Assembly: GCA_040326155.1 (NCBI GenBank)
Contig: JBEQLE010000004.1
Location: forward strand, 27,829 to 91,828
Length of the DNA stretch: 64,000 bases
Reading direction: 5' to 3'
Origin: Leptospirales bacterium
GTDB taxonomy: Bacteria; Spirochaetota; Leptospiria; Turneriellales; JAOUFE01
Below are positions 60,515-64,000 of this stretch, one piece after another. The notes under the pieces are model-generated. The model saw only the letters and a program-made list of their open reading frames with translations, was not told the origin of the DNA and did not search any database. How positions within the stretch are numbered: the stretch's first letter is position 1; each line of letters starts with the position of its first letter. A program made the translations under genes and the position numbers.

Positions 60515-60893
60515 TTGTTTCCTCCAAATAATTTATTATTATGACTGTACACCCACTTCTTACGGCATGTCAATTCATCTTTACTATATTTTCGGTTTTA
60601 ATGCATACCTTTCTTCACAAATCGGGCATATTAAATGATAAACAGAGTAATTTATTCCATTGTTTCCATATGAAAAAAAACATCTAAATTCAGATATCGT
60701 TTATGCTATTATTGCAAAAAAATACACTTTTCATTGACACGCCGACAGAATTTATCAGACTATTCTTAATAAACCACCTATCTGGCATAAAAAAGGGTAA
60801 AATTTTGGTTGGTCTTATAGAATTTATGTTATATATTTGAATCACTATTTGCTAATATAACAATACGTATAAAAAAAGAGAGTTAACTACAAT

Positions 60894-62843
60894 ATGAGTA
60901 AAAATGCAAAAAATCTAGCTATGTTTGTCCTGGTTATCACTTTGGTAATCATATTTTTTAATCTGGTGTTAAAACCATCAGCTGAAAAACCTGCGGATGT
61001 ATCATATTCACAATTTCAAAAATATGTTGCTGATGATAAAATTGTATCAACAGTAAGTGACCCATTGAAATTTGAGAATCGAACCATAAAAGGCACATAC
61101 GATAATGATACAGGCGAGAACATCCAGTTTGAAACATTCATTCCCTTCGAAGACCCCGACCTTATGAAAACTCTTCGAGAAAAGAATATCAATTTCAAGG
61201 GAGTCCCCGAGCAAGACAATACAGTCTGGAGAATCTTTTTAGGTTTTCTACCCTGGTTATTTCTGGCCGCACTTATATGGTTTTTCATGATGCGACAAAT
61301 ACAGTCCACCGGAAACCGAGCGTTGAGTTTTGGCCGTTCCAAAGCAAAGCTTAACCCTGACATGAAAAACAAAATAACCTTTGATGATGTAGCCGGCGTA
61401 GACGAGGCTAAACAAGAACTCATAGAAGTTGTCGATTTCTTAAAAGAACCAAAGAAGTTTCAAGATATAGGAGCTAAAATTCCACTTGGAGTTCTTCTCG
61501 TAGGCCCTCCTGGAACCGGTAAAACCCTATTAGCCAGAGCCGTTGCAGGAGAAGCCGCAGTTCCGTTTTTCTCCATCTCAGGTTCTGACTTTGTCGAAAT
61601 GTTTGTGGGCGTCGGCGCAAGCCGGGTTCGCGACCTTTTTGCTCAGGCAAAAAAACAGTCTCCCTGTATTATCTTTATTGACGAAATAGACGCGGTGGGA
61701 CGCCTGCGGGGAGCGGGTCTTGGCGGCGGTCACGATGAGCGTGAGCAGACATTAAACCAACTTTTGGTCGAAATGGATGGCTTTGAAACAAATGAAGGAA
61801 TTATCGTAATTGCAGCGACAAACCGGGCCGATGTACTTGACCCGGCTCTACTTCGACCGGGAAGATTTGACCGTCAGGTTGTTGTTGACACTCCCGATTT
61901 AAACGGACGTGAAAAAATACTAACGATACACTCTAAAAAAGTACCGTTGGATAAAGAAATTAAACTGGGAGATATTGCAAAAGGTACTCCGGGCTTTACG
62001 GGCGCCGATCTGGCGAACCTGATCAATGAAGCGGCATTATTAACCGCCCGACGTAATAAAAAGAAGGTAACCCAGGATGAACTTGAAGAAGCTCGCGACA
62101 AAGTAATGATGGGCCCCGAAAGAAAATCCTTCTTTATCGGTGAACAAGAAAAAGAGGTTATCGCTTACCATGAAGCTGGTCACGCAGTAATCAGCGCTCT
62201 GTCGAAAAATTCCGAACCTATTCACAAGGTAAGTATTATTCCCCGAGGTCGGGCGCTTGGCATAACCATGCACCTTCCCGAAGGTGAGAAACATTTACGA
62301 TCTCGCAATTTCTGGGTAGATGAAATTGCAGTGTTAATGGGAGGACGCCTGGCCGAAGAGATACAATTTAAAGATGTTACCACCGGAGCTTCCAATGATA
62401 TTGAACGGGCTTCTGCGATTGCCCGTAAAATGGTCACGGAATGGGGTATGTCTGAAAAAATCGGTCCAATTCACCTGAGTGAATCAGACGGTGGGGCTGT
62501 TTTTCTGGGTAGAGACTATGCAAAAGGTCATACTCACTCTGACGAGTATGCCAAACTGGTAGACGAAGAGGTAAAGGTAATTATTGATAAGGCTTTTAAC
62601 AGCGGTAAACTCTTATTAAAAAAATACAAAAAACAGCTTGATGGGGTAGCAAAAACTCTTTTAGATAAAGAGACTATTACCGGAGATGATGTTTATACAA
62701 TTGTCGGGGTAAAATCAAAATCGAGCAAACCCAAAAAGAACGAACCAAAAGATCCGAAAGATTCCGGTTTAATCAAAAAGGCTGCCAATAAACCGCCGGC
62801 GAAGAAAAAAACAATTCGCAAGCTGGACGTTAAACCAGCATAA
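60894..62843 (+). CDS. ftsH: ATP-dependent zinc metalloprotease FtsH
   Basis: Two TM helices, [26 protein letters not shown]. Confidence 0.98.
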   Translation: MSKNAKNLAMFVLVITLVIIFFNLVLKPSAEKPADVSYSQFQKYVADDKIVSTVSDPLKFENRTIKGTYDNDTGENIQFETFIPFEDPDLMKTLREKNINFKGVPEQDNTVWRIFLGFLPWLFLAALIWFFMMRQIQSTGNRALSFGRSKAKLNPDMKNKITFDDVAGVDEAKQELIEVVDFLKEPKKFQDIGAKIPLGVLLVGPPGTGKTLLARAVAGEAAVPFFSISGSDFVEMFVGVGASRVRDLFAQAKKQSPCIIFIDEIDAVGRLRGAGLGGGHDEREQTLNQLLVEMDGFETNEGIIVIAATNRADVLDPALLRPGRFDRQVVVDTPDLNGREKILTIHSKKVPLDKEIKLGDIAKGTPGFTGADLANLINEAALLTARRNKKKVTQDELEEARDKVMMGPERKSFFIGEQEKEVIAYHEAGHAVISALSKNSEPIHKVSIIPRGRALGITMHLPEGEKHLRSRNFWVDEIAVLMGGRLAEEIQFKDVTTGASNDIERASAIARKMVTEWGMSEKIGPIHLSESDGGAVFLGRDYAKGHTHSDEYAKLVDEEVKVIIDKAFNSGKLLLKKYKKQLDGVAKTLLDKETITGDDVYTIVGVKSKSSKPKKNEPKDPKDSGLIKKAANKPPAKKKTIRKLDVKPA

Positions 62844-62854
62844 TATCGGAGGAC

Positions 62855-63796
62855 ATTGTAAAAAAAACGCCTGAAAATTTACTGCTTATTTTTATAGACG
62901 GGATAGGATTTGGGGCAAAAAATCGTTCTCTGAATCCTTTTGCCCGATACGAAACCAGATTTTTCTCTCCCCTGGGTGGGAGTAATAAAATTGATTTCCC
63001 GGGTCGCCTCTTAGAAGTCGACGCAACTATGGGTGTAAAGGGGCTTCCCCAGTCCGGTACAGGCCAAACTGCTCTTTTTACCGGTTATAACGGCGCTCAA
63101 ATTATGGGTCGGCATGTAGCAGGGTTTCCCCCTTATTCACTTCGTCCTTATTTAAAAAAACACTCCATTTTGCATAAATTTATGGAGTCCGGTTATAAAG
63201 CGTCTTTAATTAACGCCTATACCGAAACCTATCTGAAGAGACTAGAAGGACCACGCTCTGAAAGGTTAATGTCCGCTTCGACTTTAATGCAAAGGGGTAC
63301 GGGAAACTCGTTTTTAAATGAAACAGACTTAAGAGAAGATCGCAGTATTTTTATGGATATTACTCATTGGGTACTACGTCGCTTTATTGAAGATATTCCG
63401 TTAAAAGACCCCAAAGAGCGCGGAAGAACGCTGGTAAAAATAGCCAAAAACTACGATTTATCGGTCTTTGAATACTTCCTTGCCGACCGAATCGGCCACG
63501 AGGGTATATGGGATGAAGGTAAAAAAATACTCTACCACCTCGACGAATTCTTATCCGGAGTCTGGGAAGACCTCGACCCGGAAAACCAATGCGTCGTCAT
63601 CTGCTCCGACCACGGAAACTTCGAAGACCTCTCCAACGGCCTGCACACCGACAACATGACACCACTGTATGTTTACGGAAAGAACGAAGCTATGTTTGAC
63701 GAAAGTATCAAGTCCTTATATGATATTCCACGAAGAATGTACCAATGGAAAAATATAGATTTTTCAGAAGAAGTCCCAGAAGTAGAATTGGGATAA
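62855..63796 (+). CDS. Alkaline-phosphatase-superfamily metalloenzyme (phosphopentomutase/iPGM-like); start non-canonical or uncertain
   Basis: Open frame from about 62855: LLIFIDGIG...PQSGTGQTALFTG...DRIGH...SDHGNFED...HTDN. Confidence 0.85.
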   Translation: MVKKTPENLLLIFIDGIGFGAKNRSLNPFARYETRFFSPLGGSNKIDFPGRLLEVDATMGVKGLPQSGTGQTALFTGYNGAQIMGRHVAGFPPYSLRPYLKKHSILHKFMESGYKASLINAYTETYLKRLEGPRSERLMSASTLMQRGTGNSFLNETDLREDRSIFMDITHWVLRRFIEDIPLKDPKERGRTLVKIAKNYDLSVFEYFLADRIGHEGIWDEGKKILYHLDEFLSGVWEDLDPENQCVVICSDHGNFEDLSNGLHTDNMTPLYVYGKNEAMFDESIKSLYDIPRRMYQWKNIDFSEEVPEVELG

Positions 63797-63835
63797 AGAA
63801 TTAAATAAGCAAACTTATAAATCGCTTCGAAAGCA

Positions 63836-63943
63836 ATACCACGAAGCGGTCTGTCAAAAACCACGCTTTTTGACAGAAAAAAACTTCAAACAAAAATCGA
63901 ACGTAGCAGCACAAAAAAACCGAAGGATTTTTTTGTGCATTAA
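63836..63943 (+). repeat. Repeat family B, copy B4
   Basis: cgaagcggt-ctgtcaaaaa-ccacgc-tttttgacag ... atcgaacgtagcag-cacaaaaaaa-ccgaagga-tttttttgtg. Confidence 0.85.
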
Positions 63944-64000
63944 AGAAAGTAACCAAAAGGCCTGGTTTTCGTTCGCAAAACCAGCCAGACCTCGCAAACT

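Noticed and set aside
1140..62437. Numerous 60-220 aa ORFs nested in or antisense to long genes
   Set aside because: Shadow ORFs of well-supported genes without SD or recognisable motifs
1..64000. DGR, retron, prophage, tRNA or rRNA
   Set aside because: No reverse transcriptase, phage, integrase or structural RNA signatures recognised by eye; tRNAscan and Rfam scans were not run

Overview
AT-rich bacterial chromosomal segment, most likely from a Leptospirales/Leptospiraceae-like spirochaete (spirochaete-type FlaB, a protein resembling the Leptospira LIC11274 family, an LliK-like cyclic-nucleotide-gated K+ channel; taxonomy inferred from recalled protein resemblance, no search was run). Most of it is housekeeping and envelope genes: cheA-cheY-cheY, degP-coaX-lptF/G, sucA-lgt, trpB-lplA, flaB, kef antiporter, rarA, uvrD-like helicase, ABC-F, truC, a two-component pair, a lipid-linked glycosylation cluster, sucCD, cutA and ftsH. 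I saw no rRNA, tRNA, CRISPR array, transposase, integrase or reverse transcriptase. The most unusual signals are non-coding. Family A is a ~180-bp CTAG-flanked MITE-like element (3 copies). Family B is a ~105-bp two-hairpin element (4 full copies plus fragments) with covarying stems, an invariant CCACG loop and a ccGNAgg loop; it is associated with a duplicated gene 5' end and with local A/C-skewed tracts. Other notable items: a tight three-DnaA-box cluster, a recurring leaderless-promoter geometry, a CheA-CheC fusion, an internally deleted GNAT toxin-antitoxin pair, an unannotated convergent small paralog, an Lgt with its own lipobox, and a metalloenzyme gene lacking a canonical start codon.
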